The translations under genes and the position numbers were made by a program. The notes beneath the pieces are model-generated. The model did no database searches, was not told the DNA's origin, and saw only the letters and a program-made list of their open reading frames with translations. Positions 1 to 11,884 of a stretch of DNA of 64,000 bases are shown here, one piece after another. The stretch covers positions 283,216,001 to 283,280,000 of the forward strand of contig OZ024743.1 in assembly GCA_964016885.1 (NCBI GenBank). Direction: 5' to 3'. Every line of letters begins with the position of its first letter. Position 1 is the first letter of the stretch. The DNA is from Eledone cirrhosa (taxonomy: Eukaryota).

Positions 1-194
1 CATAGGCTGACTATGAAGGAGTGGTGCTAGGGCTGTGAAATCTTGCATGCATTAATTTTAACTGCTCTTACTCATAACTGCATTGTTTCTTTCCTAGGAC
101 TATGTTGAAAAATAAACCTCATTTGGTCATCCCTTGAGAGTATCTTGGTCAACCTATGAACTTTCCAGCCTATGAACTTTTCAGCTGACCCTTG
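1..194. mobile_element. Tc1/mariner-type MITE, left end cut by the window edge
   Basis: Ends ...GAACTTTTCAGCTGACCCTTG|TA. Homologous to the complete copy at 19764-19961, which has TIRs and TA flanks. Confidence 0.7.
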
Positions 195-239
195 TATGTC
201 ATGCATCAGTGATTTCTTGAGAACTTTGCCAGTTACAGG

Positions 240-900
240 CTTATTGTGCTTGACATCAACAAAGTGTTTGAGTGTATCTGACACAAGGACTCTCAGTAAT
301 TTACCAGTAATTTTCCTGGGACTAATAGGCTCCAGCAGACACTCATTTCAAGAATTAGAAGTTTCCTGCCAGACCATATTGCAGCATACACTGATAGAGT
401 CTTCTCTATCCCGTATTCTATCAATTCTGGTTATTCTAAAGTTATATAAAGCTATGTCTTTTTACTCTTCCTTTTTGTTCACTAATGATATACTACTTAT
501 TGTTAATTCTAGGCACACATTTCCATGCAGATGATAACACTCTTCATTCTATAACTTTCTATACATAAGTGTCATTCAAATGTAACCCAGGTACTTCATA
601 CTAGATCTACACAATCTTCATGAACAGAGTCCTTATGAATACCCTTTAATGAGGACCCCATAACCTAGTCTTCCTCGACACACAAAGAAACAATTGCTCC
701 ACATCTTAAGGAAGTTTCTTCATACCCCTATAATTACTTTACCTATCTCATACTTTCCCCCATAGTAGCAGCTCCTTTTATGTTCTTTTCTTCCACTTTC
801 AATCAGAAGAAGTTCAAATTGAACCTTAACTACAATGACCTCAACAGTTGGGCAGACCTTCAGTGGCTATAAGCCCATCACTTTCTTGTATACATAACTA
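240..900 (+). pseudogene. Highly decayed non-LTR retrotransposon RT fragment
   Basis: Broken frames recall LDISKAFD..WH (LDINKVFE), INSG.PQG and F.ND...ADD motifs. The right boundary is approximate. Confidence 0.4.
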
Positions 901-1215
901 TTTTCATACTAACTTAATCAAAAGCAGCTTTGGTTCTATGAAACAAAACCCTCCATATGAAAGAGTTCCTATTTAAATTAAAATCTTACAACATAATTTT
1001 ATATAAAAATCATATGTTAAATTACTATCTCAATAATGAAATGATTAATCATTTTAATCCCTAAAAATCATGAATTAATTAATTGAAATACGATCAAGAA
1101 AGGGTTAAATTTACAACGTAAAACATTTCATAATTAGTGTTGATGTTCAGTGCTAAATGTGATATTTAGGGCAATATGTTAGGATCATGACTTATTAATT
1201 CTCATACTTGGATTT

Positions 1216-1318
1216 CTCCTCCTCCTCCTCCTCCTCCTCCTCCTCCTCTTTCTTCTTCTTCTTCTTCTTCTTCTTCTTCTTCTTCTTCTTCTTCTTCTTC
1301 TTCTTCTTCTTCTTCTTC
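1216..1318. repeat. (CCT)n-(CTT)n compound microsatellite
   Basis: Directly visible. Confidence 0.95.
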
Positions 1319-1352
1319 CAAATGAAAAAGTTCTAGTCCTGTAGAAATCATT

Positions 1353-1923
1353 TCTATATATATATATATATAACTAAGGATGTCTGTCTCTGTGTGTGTG
1401 TCTGTGAGTTTGAATCCCTAACCGATTTTTTTTTTCAAACTTTACATATGTATTACTTATGTTTCAGGGAGTGTTCCGCACATAAACATTTTTTGATCCC
1501 CTAGGGCCCACATTAGGTGAAAAACTACGTTTTTGTAACTATGTATTAGTCAGTCTATTCTTCATGCCATGAGCAAATCCAACTTTTTTATGGGCTAGGG
1601 CCCGCATTAGGTGAAAAACTTCATTTTTTTAGCTTTGTAGGGCTTTTTTGAGGCGTTACATCTAGCCGATTTTCCCAAAATTTCAAGGCATATTATGCAC
1701 ATAAAAAAAGTTCATTTTCTTGATTCCCTAGGGCCCGCATTAGGTGAAAACCTGCAATTTTCCTGCTTCATCGAGGAAAATCTTAAAGATTATCCAGCCA
1801 TCAGAGTATTCGGTTTATTTTCTTTACATATTGTCCAGGCATGCAGTTTTTTCACGATTAGGTCTGTTGGCGGCCCGCGTTCCAAAATATCTTATCCCGT
1901 TCCACGCCGGGTACCACTGCTAG
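1353..1923 (+). mobile_element. Non-autonomous Helitron-like element
   Basis: 5' TC followed by (TA)n and a GTCT/GT-rich tract. 3' short hairpin CCCG..CGGG, then CTAG|T. Three internal copies of CTAGGGCCC(G/C/A)CATTAGGTGAAAA near 1501, 1595 and 1728. Confidence 0.6.
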
Positions 1924-2985
1924 TATATAATAAAGATACCTATACTCTACCAATGTATTGAGTAGCTTTTTTAACTATGGTTATTTCCCGACACAACACA
2001 GGAATCTCCACATTATACATCAAAACATATGTATATATATATATATACCCATATATATCAGGAAAAGAAATCGAAAATGCAACTGGAGTCTTTTTAAGAA
2101 TATTTATTTATTTCCTTTACTGGTTTCAAAGTTCTTATGCTTTTCAAAAGTAGAATTGAGATGGAGCATTTGTGGGTTGTCTCGCACATATACACCTATA
2201 TATATATATATATATATACACCTGTATATATATATAGGTGTGTGTATATATATAGAGGTATGTGGAGGCATAATGATGACCATTATCATTATCTTTTTAC
2301 ATCTCTTTTCCCATTCTTGTATGGGTTTTATGTATGTATATATGTATAATTGTATGTATGTATATTCAAAGCGTCATGAAAAACACCATGTATCGCCACA
2401 TGTTATTTTAAAAGATATTACAATGAAAATAGAAGAAGCAGTTAGGAGACATATGATCATAAACAAAACAAAAAATAATAATAACAGAAATAATTATTTA
2501 TATATTGCACAATTCTATTTTTCTAGGATTTTATAAAACTACTACTACTGCTACTACATACTATTTTACAAATATATAAAGTCACAAAGAAAAAAACAAC
2601 TGATGGCCATTTTATTTCCTAAAGACAGACAATATATTGAAAACTTTCAGGACAATATTATATTTCAGAAAGCACTTTACATTATTGCATCAAAATATAT
2701 TTTTTATTGATTTATAACATTTTAGAAAATCTATCATCGCCATTATTTATTGTTGTATTTACTAAGAAATATATATTTTTATTCTTTATTTCCAGAATGG
2801 ATGAGTTACATAAAAGTTATATATATAAAATATACAACTGTAGAGTATACCTGCACATATATTGCATTGTAACAGTCTGTATGTGTATATACATGTAAAA
2901 GTGTATATCGATATACACACATCCAACCCACCTATTCAAACATACTTATATACTTATATTGTATTCTATGTGTACGTGTATGTAA

Positions 2986-3026
<41 letters not shown>

Positions 3027-3027
3027 C

Positions 3028-3110
<83 letters not shown>

Positions 3111-3403
3111 GAAAGAATGTATATGAATGTGTACATATCCAAATATATGTGAACATAAAGTTATATATCTAAACCAATATATTCACCAATGTATACTGTG
3201 GGAATCATGAGCAAAAAGTATGTAAATAAATCAATATTCATATATTAAAACTATGTATAAAAACAAACACATGCATTACTTGCTTGGAGCATTAAATAAA
3301 TATACATCATAAATACTAATGTATAAACTGCCCCACCAAAGAAAACCCTCAATATAAGTAATATATTGATATATTATAAATATGCATATATGCATACACA
3401 CAC

Positions 3404-3437
<34 letters not shown>

Positions 3438-3441
<4 letters not shown>

Positions 3442-4219
3442 TCATCATCATCATCATCAACGTTTAACGTCCGTGTTCCACGCTTGCATGGGTTTGGACG
3501 GGGGTTTTCCCACTTGAGGCAAGAGTGATTGTCTTGCTCGCATAGGACTGTCTGGTGGGTTTTCTACAGCTGGATGCCCTTCCTAACACCAACCACATTT
3601 ACAGTGTGGGGCTGGGAGGTTTTTACCGTGTTGCCAACACGGCCACATTACAGCGTGGACTGTCTGGCAGGTTTTCTACAGCTGGATGCCCTTCCTAACA
3701 CCAGCCACATTTATAGTGTGGGGCTGGGAGGTTTTTACCGTGTTGCCTACACGGCCACATTACAGAGTGGACTGTGTGTTTTTTTGTCGTGACACCTACA
3801 CGATCTGATTTGTTTCAGCCTGGATGTTGTGGCACCAACATAACTTTACATTGAAAGGGGCGGTGTGGATGGGGTGGGGGTGGTGGGACGGGGGTGTATT
3901 TTGTTAGAGATGCCTACTGACTGTAGTAGGTTTTACTTTGTATTTAGGTAAGGCGGGTCTTCTCTATTACTGAGTACCGCCAAAGGTCTCGGTCCAGTGA
4001 CATTGTCTTGGAGAGGTGTAAGTGTGTGAGGTCGGAATTTATCAGCTCGTCCCAGGTTTTTCTGGGTCTGCCTATTCCGTGGCTACCGTCTATCTTTATT
4101 GCCCTGCACTTTGTTATACAGCTATCGTCTTTCATGCGCATCACGAGACCATACCAACGTAGCCTTCTCTCGAGTAAACAACATCTGATCCCTCTTATTT
4201 CTAATTTTTTCCTTAGTTC

Positions 4220-4225
<6 letters not shown>
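3438..4225 (-). mobile_element. RTE LINE 3' fragment, left arm of a head-to-head pair
   Basis: Encodes ..[26 protein letters not shown]. Has the 3'UTR and a (GAT)n tail, and is near-identical to 14070-14747. Confidence 0.92.
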
Positions 4226-4268
<43 letters not shown>

Positions 4269-4322
4269 AACGAACTAAGGAAAAAATTAGAAATATATAT
4301 ATATATATATGGAGGCACATGG

Positions 4323-4371
<49 letters not shown>

Positions 4372-4377
<6 letters not shown>

Positions 4378-5119
4378 GCAGACTAGAGAGAAACGAAGCT
4401 TGCATGCTCCGCTGGATGTGTAATAGTAATATACGTGAACGACAAAGCATAAACGAACTAAGGAAAAAATTAGAAATAAGAGGGATCAGATGTTGTTTAC
4501 TCAAGAGAAGGCTACGTTGGTATGGTCACGTGATGCGCATGAAGGATGATAGCTGTATAACAAAGTGCAGGGCAATAAAGATAGACGGTAGCCACGGAAT
4601 AAGCAGACCCAGAAAAACCTGGGACGAGCTGATAAACTCCGACCTCACACACTTACACCTCACCAAGACAATGTCACTGGACCGAGACCTTTGGCGGTAC
4701 TCAGTAATAGAGAAGACCCGCCTTACCTAAATACAAAGTAAAACCTACTACAGTCAGTAGGCATCTCTAACAAAATACACCCCCGTCCCACCACCCCCAC
4801 CCCATCCACACCGACCCTTCTATGTAAAGTTATGTTGGTGCCACACCATCCAGGCCGAAACAAATGAGATCGTGTAGGTGTCACGACAAAAAAACACACA
4901 GTCCACGCTGTAATGTGGCCGTGTAAGCAACACGGTAAAAACCTCCCAGACCCATACTGTAAATGTGGTTGGTGTTAGGAAGGGCATCCAACTGTAGAAA
5001 ACCTGCCAGACAGTCCTATGCGAGCAAGACAACCACTCTTGCCTCAAGTGGGAAAACCCCCGTCCAAAGCCATGCAAGCGTGGAACACGGACGTTAAACG
5101 TTGATGATGATGATGATGA

Positions 5120-5123
<4 letters not shown>
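4372..5123 (+). mobile_element. RTE LINE 3' fragment, right arm of a head-to-head pair
   Basis: Encodes [27 protein letters not shown]. Same 3'UTR and (GAT)n tail as the long copy. Confidence 0.92.
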
Positions 5124-5161
<38 letters not shown>

Positions 5162-5196
5162 AGGCACATGGCTTATATATATATATATATATATGT

Positions 5197-5540
5197 GGAG
5201 GCACATGGCTTAGTGGTTAGAGGCATTGGCCTTGCAATCGGAAGCTTGCGAGTTCAATTCTCAGACCGGGTGATGTTTTGTTTCCTTGAGCAAGACACTT
5301 TATTTCACATTGCTCCAGTTTACTCAGCTGTAGAAATGAGATGATAGGGACCCTAGTCCCTATCACTCCACTGTAAATTGGTCGTGGAGGTGCCACGGAA
5401 AAAAAAGCACCCAGCACTCACTGTAAATGAGGTTGGTGTTAGGAAGGGCATCCAGCTGTAGAAATCAAGCCACAATCAGTTCCCGTCCCACCCTTGCATG
5501 CGGGGAAAAGCGGACGTAAAATGAAATGATGATGATGAAT
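5197..5540 (+). mobile_element. tRNA-derived SINE with CORE-like middle and RTE-related tail
   Basis: A box TGGCTTAGTGG, B box GAGTTCAATTC, CCTTGAGCAAGACACTT core, AGGAAGGGCATCCAGCTGTAGAAA module and (ATG)n tail. A reverse copy lies at about 15400-15749. Confidence 0.85.
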
Positions 5541-5649
5541 GATATATATATATATAAAATAGATCGTTTTTTACGAAAATAATATAAAAAATTAGAAACA
5601 ATGGAACAACCTGCTCATGAAATTAATGCTGAACATTTCATAAACACGC

Positions 5650-5860
5650 ATACCCTTGATGTAGTTCTCAGGGAGATTCGGCATAACACAGAATGTGACA
5701 AGGCCGGCCCTTTGAATTACAGGTGCAACTCATTTGCCAGCTGAGTGAACTGGAGCAACATGAAATAAAGTGTCTTGCTCAAGGACACAGAGCGCTGCCG
5801 GGAATTGAATTCATGACTTTACGCCCGTGAGACGAATTCCCTAACCACAAAGGACGTGGG
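5650..5860 (-). mobile_element. tRNA-derived SINE, related head with a different 3' part
   Basis: Minus strand has GTGGTTAGG..TTCAATTCC boxes and the CCTTGAGCAAGACACTT core. Confidence 0.7.
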
Positions 5861-6554
5861 TATATATATATATATACCCACGTCCTGACACCCCATCCCT
5901 TACCCATGCCCCTACATCTACCTCACCAATCCTCCCCCGCCCAAGTCCCCAGTTCACACTATAAAGTGGTTGTTTTGGTGCCACTACAAAAAACGTTAGT
6001 CCACACTGTAAAGTTGTCGTGTAGGTGTCATGACAAAAAACATCCAGTCCACACTGTAGAGTGGCCATGTTGGAGTGACAACAAAAAGCACCCTGCCCAC
6101 ACTGTAAAGTGGGCATGTTGGTGTGTGTGTAATAATGGACCCTGCTTATAAATCACAAGTCTTTCTCTCCCCTACTTTTCTCTCTCTCTCTGTAGGACAA
6201 ACATAAGAATAGCTCAATAAGTATGATTGGTTATGGCCATCTTATTGGAAGTGTCTACTCATTTATCCTACTGTGAGAGAGCAAGTGGCCTAACTAAATT
6301 ATTATAATAGTTTAGCAGAAAATATCTAAAAACAGCCTTGTTAATCAAATATTTATAGCATCTGTATTACTGGAAGGATCATTGTGAACATTTGCAATAA
6401 ATACTTTAATTATTAATGTAAAGAAACCACAATGTTGTTTTATATTGTTTTATTTTTCTTTGCTTTTCAAGAATGATTTGCTAATATAATTTCATGTGAT
6501 ACAGGACATTAAGAGTTAAAGCTTATGTACAATTAATGTAATGAATAACTAAGA

Positions 6555-6838
6555 GTTTAAAGTCTGCCTTTAGCCAGAAGGCTCATTAGGCCGGCGCTTA
6601 TCCCGGTTTCATGACATGAAGCAAGTGAGAGTACAAGACTCCCCCCTGGACAGGGCGCCAGTCCATTGCAGGGTTAAGTACCCAGCTATTACTGGTACTC
6701 ATTTTCAGCTGAGTATACTGGAGCAACGTGAAATGAAGTGTTTTGCTCAAGAACACAACACACAACCTAGCCCAGGAATTGAACCCACAACATTATGATC
6801 GTAAGTCCAACACCCTTACCATTAGGCCACGTGCCTCC
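6555..6838 (-). mobile_element. tRNA-derived SINE with V-domain-like segment
   Basis: Minus strand: GGAGGCACGTGGCCTAATGG A box, GGTTCAATTCC B box, then GCAATGGACTGGCGCCCTGTCCAGGGG. A decayed relative lies at about 22200-22465. Confidence 0.7.
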
Positions 6839-7298
6839 ACAATGAGTAACAGATACTGATTTTACTTATTTGCATATCAGAAAAATAAAGGAGAGTACTG
6901 AAATCAAGGTGTACGTAGGGTCAGATTAAGTCCTTTTGATGCCCTAAGCATTTAAAAGATTATAATTCCCTCCTATATATAAAGTCTATAAAACAAAATT
7001 TAGTAGTGAATGACAAATACATTTAATTTCAATAAAATAGTGCCCTCCTTCCTTTGATGCCATAAGCATATGCTTATTTGTCTTACTGGTTACCTCACCA
7101 TGGTGTATGTGTGGGCAAATTGTGAAAACTAGTGAAGTTGTCCTCAGGTCCATCCTGTTCTCAAATCACAGTGAGGCTTAATATAATGTATATTTTTTAA
7201 AACCTAAACATGTGAACTTCTGAACAATGTAGCGACATTCCACTTTCACAGTATTTTATTTTAGTTATATATGTGTGTTTTATATATAGTTTATATAT

Positions 7299-7347
<49 letters not shown>

Positions 7348-7689
7348 TAATGTTTTTTTTTGTATATATATATATACACACACATTTGCTCATAACTTCA
7401 TACTTACAAACACACACATACTCTATTACTTACATATACACACACATATCCTCTTAGCTTCATATGGACGTATAAACACACACACACTCGGCAGAACATG
7501 AAAGCTTCAGCCTACGTGATGATGGGCATATATGGAAGTTTATTAAGGCTGGTGAAACATGGAAAAAAGATACCAGATGGTCTGAAAACACTGTACCCAC
7601 AACAACTGACAATAAAAAAACTGAAAAAACTCTGGGAAACAAAATCAGAACAACCTGCCACCCCTTGCACATAATCATAGACTGGAATC

Positions 7690-10575
7690 AAGGTACAAAT
7701 TGTTGTCCTTAAATGCACGTAGTCTATGCAATAAGATTCATCTTTTTGACTCCTACATCAAAAGTATCGACCTTGACTTCATTACAGTCACAGAAACATG
7801 GGCACATTTCTTACTCTGTGATGGGGTTTTCAGCATAACTGGCTACAACTTGTTTCGTAAACCGCATTATTCGTGGTGGTGGTGGTGTAATGGTCTACGT
7901 TTGGTCAAATTTTTCAGCAATTCCATGTCTTGATTTGAACCAATCGCAGCAAGAAGTATTTTTCTGCGATATACGTATGACCATGTCAACACTGCTACTT
8001 AGGAGTCATTTACCGTCCCCAAAATTACCATCAGGACTCAACTTTGTGATATCCTCAGAGCTGCTGCCAGGAAAACAGCCACTTATGTTTTTATTGCAGG
8101 GGACTTCAATCACCCTGAGATTAACTGAGAAAGCTTTCGTTGGCCGCAAAGTGCAAACGATTTCCTTGAGCTACTGCTGGACTCGAACTAGTCCCAAGTA
8201 GTCACCTCCCCAACAAGAGGTGACAACACTTTGGATCTACTCTTCACCACTACTCTGAAACGGTTATTAGTGTTACTACTGAGGAACCTTTAGGTGACTC
8301 TGATCATGTTTATCATTGCCAATCTGTCCCTCATGGGCAATAACAAAAACCACAACCATTTCCAAACTGCTCACTTTGACTGGAATAAAGCAGACTGGAA
8401 CTGTTACTGCACCGAGCTGCAACGTCCAAACTGGCTTGAGTTTTACGACTCTGGAGATGTCACTACTGTACTCCAGAAGACCCTAAACTCAATATGGACA
8501 GCATGTGCAGCATTGGTGCCACGTAAGCAGAAAAACATCCCAAAAGTGCAATTTGGAAGACTGCAGCAGTCCGTCTTGCCAGGAAAGAACATCGTAATGC
8601 TGAACTTGAGTACAAACTGCATAAATCAGATATCAATAGGAAAAAGCGAAATAAATCATCCAACCATCTCAAGCAGGTGACAAAAAAGGCAGTGCTTGAA
8701 TTTGAGCAATGCATAGCAACCAGCCCTGACAGTAAGGTGTTCCGGAAGTATGTTCACTCAAAGCAAAGGCCTCACTCTCCAGTTGGTCCTCTTCGCAATC
8801 CCCACACAAGCCAGGTTACTGACGACCCCAAGGAATGCGCAGAACTCATTGCTGAATGCTATGCAAGCATTTTCCCTCTTGAAGATCAGAGTGTACCATC
8901 TCCACCACCTCTGACATCGGATTCTATTACAACTATGGAATTTACACCTGCAATGCAACCATGTCTCTCCTGGTTTTGATGGTGTTATGTACCTGCTTCT
9001 CAAATGTAGTGGGTACTTCCTTCTGCACCAGCTATCACGCTTCTTCCAATTCTGTCTGAACAACGGTGCTACTCCAGAACAGTGGAAAACTGCCAGTGTC
9101 ATTCCTCTGTTCAAAAAGGGTGACCGCACATCACCTGTAAAATATGTCCAGTCAGTCTTACTAGCTGCATTGCCAAACTGATGGAATCCTGTGTCAGAGA
9201 AACACTTTGGAACTTCTGGAACTCTCACAGTCTTATCCAGCCCTCGCAATTTGGATTTATCCCTAACTCCAGCTGCTGTGATCAATTTATCGAGTTTCTT
9301 GAAGACATCACCCGGATCACTGACGCGGCTCATGGATGGATGTTGTTACCTTGACTTTGCTAAAGCTTTCAATTCTGTGCCTCACAAAAGACTTATGGCA
9401 AAACTCTATGCAATGGGTGTGAAGGATGATCTTTTTAACTGGTTGAAGTCCTTCATTCTCAGTCGAAGAGAGGTAGTCATGGTTCTAGGACAGCATTCCT
9501 TATCATATGAGATGTCATCTGGTGTACCACAGTGATCTGTTCTTGGCCCCCTTTTGTTTGTGGCATATATTAATGACATAGATGCCAACTTAAAGAATGC
9601 CACAGTACTGAAATATACAGATGACATCAACCTGTACCTTGAGATAAAAAGGACAGATCCTGAATATTATAGATCTTACCTGCAATCTGACCTGGACACA
9701 ATGCAACAATGGATCACAGACTGGCAACTCAAGTTGGCTGTGGACAAGTGTACCACCATGCATTTTGGGAGTAAAAACCTAGCGTCTACATACTCCCTCC
9801 ACAACACTAATATCAAGAAGTCTTCTTGTGAATGTGACCTGGACATTACGGTCAGCAGCGATTTGCATTGGACGAAGCACGTCTTTAAAAGTGTCAAGAA
9901 GGTCGAGGGTGTCTTAGCATCACTCAGTAAGACCTTTGTCATCCGCTCTCCAGCTATCTATTTAAAGCTGTATATAGCTATGGTGCGGCCACACTTAGAA
10001 TTTGCATCACCAGTCTGGAACCCCTATCTTGCTCAGAATATTGACCGCCTGTAAACTGTTCAGAGACGTGCAACCAAGCGAATACCCTCCATCAGGCATC
10101 TACCATACTCTGAACGCCTTACTTCCCTGGGCATGGATACATTGAAACTCTGATGTCTGGCAACTGACTTGGTAAACACCCACAAAATTATGAACCATCT
10201 TGCCAACAACAATCTTGAGTACCTTTTTGATTTCCATGTGTCTAACACACGTGGGCATGCCCACAAAGTCAGAAAACAGCACAGCTCCCATGACTTTCGG
10301 AAACATTTTTTCAAACTCAGAGTTGCTGACGCATGGAACAAATTACCTGCATCAGTTGTTAGCTGTCGACACACTGCATCTTTTAAAACCTCCATGCTTC
10401 CTGAGATTTGCCAACACTACACCTAATATTCCCCCTCCATACACACATGTATTTCATGACTCATACACTGTTCACTTACCTGACATTTATATATTATTCT
10501 ATGTACTATACATGCACCTATGATGAATTGTAGTGCACCTGAGCACTGCACACAATAATTTCATTATTATTATTA
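7690..10575 (+). mobile_element. CR1-type LINE, ORF2 (APE endonuclease + RT) fragmented by stops and frameshifts
   Basis: APE: LNARS, ITVTETW, AGDFN, LDL, SDH. RT: WKTA.V.PLFKKG, YLDFAKAFNSVPH, SGVPQ, YINDI, KYTDD, RPHLEFASPVWNP, TRGH. (ATT)n tail. Confidence 0.9.
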
Positions 10576-10719
10576 TATATATACGCACTCGTACACGTAC
10601 AACTCTATATACAACACGGTTTTTTTTTTCCCTTTTCAGATAGATGTGCTCCATCATCACCTTTTCAAAAAATGTATATCATACACAAAACGCCAGCATC
10701 AACAGTTATCCAAGAAATC

Positions 10720-10920
10720 TCAACATGAACGGCCCAGTTATTTTTTTCTGTTTCCGCCTTGCCTGTTTCCTCAATCTTTCTATTTCTTCTACCTTCTGAT
10801 AAAAGACTAGTGTCCAAAACTTTAAGACTCTTTTTCTACTATATCAAGTGGAAAACTAATAATATATTTCTTCATTGTACTGTGTTGTTTGCTTTGTTAT
10901 TTCTGTTTGCCTTTTGCACA
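10720..10920 (+). mobile_element. Decayed PLE pseudo-LTR remnant with degenerate hammerhead
   Basis: Homologous (inverted) to 14775-14990. Core mutated to CTGATAA..CAAAAC at 10792-10827. Confidence 0.55.
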
Positions 10921-10941
10921 CACACACACACACATATATAT

Positions 10942-11810
10942 ATAGCTTAAAATGGAATAAGAATAAGAAGAAAGCAAGAGCCTGGGGTGGGGGTGGGGGT
11001 GGGGGGAGTTGGGGAGGTTTCCTCATCAGTTGTCTACTGGGGTCTCGGATATTTCAACGCTTTAAAGACAAGATATCTACCCCCAGAGCATTCAATAACT
11101 GGGTAAGTTATTGGGAAAACGGAGGAGAGAGGGAAGGAAAATAGAAGGGAAAAGGGAAGAAAAGAGAAAACAGTGGAGAAAACAACAAACCGAGCAATGT
11201 GCGAGCAACTTAAGGTAAGAAAATCCAAGACCACAGCAATAACAGAACTTAAGTTCAAGAGCGTGTGACCAGTCTTCTCTCTCCTACTACCTACCTATTT
11301 CGTTACTATCTACTCTTACCCCTCTTTCTTCCTCTCCCTTTCTCCCTCTCACTTTCACTCATCCTTTCTCTGCTAGCCACCTCATTGTTTCCCTCACCTG
11401 ACCATCTAGCAGTCCTTTTCTCACTTACACTCACTGGGGTCAGACGTGTCTTTTCGTTCGCCCACACGCTCTTGAACTTAAGTTCTGTTATTGCTGTGGT
11501 CTTGGATTTTCTTACCTTAAGTTGCTCGCACATTGCTCGGTTTGTTGTTTCGCTGTTTTCTCTTTTCTTCCCTTATCCCTTCTATTTTCCTTCCCTCCCT
11601 CCTCTGTTTTCCCAATAACTTACCCAGTTATTGAACGCTCTGGGGGGTAGATATCTTGTCTTTAAAGCGTTGAAATATCCGAGACCCCCAGTAGACAACT
11701 GATGAGGAACCCCCCACCCCACCCACCCCACCCCCGGCTCTTGCTTTCTTCTTATTCTCATTCCATTTTAAGCTATCTTAACTAGCCAATCCTATTCTCC
11801 ATATATTTTA
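10942..11810. mobile_element. Fold-back insertion in (TA)n, probable PLE pseudo-LTR doublet
   Basis: Inverted arms 10942-11267 and 11463-11776 with a 195-bp spacer. The right arm has a short extension. (TA)n on both sides. Confidence 0.7.
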
Positions 11811-11884
11811 TATATATATATATATATAGGAAAATGTTTAACCCCGACGGCAGAGCTCAAGCCGTTTCGACGGATATTTCTGGA

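Noticed and set aside
1958-3156. ORFs rich in YIYI/CVCV (also at 7271, 19059, 32005-32882, 42275 and others)
   Set aside because: Translations of (TA)n/(CA)n microsatellites.
5197-5270. tRNA gene (A/B boxes), also at other SINE heads
   Set aside because: No closed cloverleaf; the sequence continues into a SINE body and tail.
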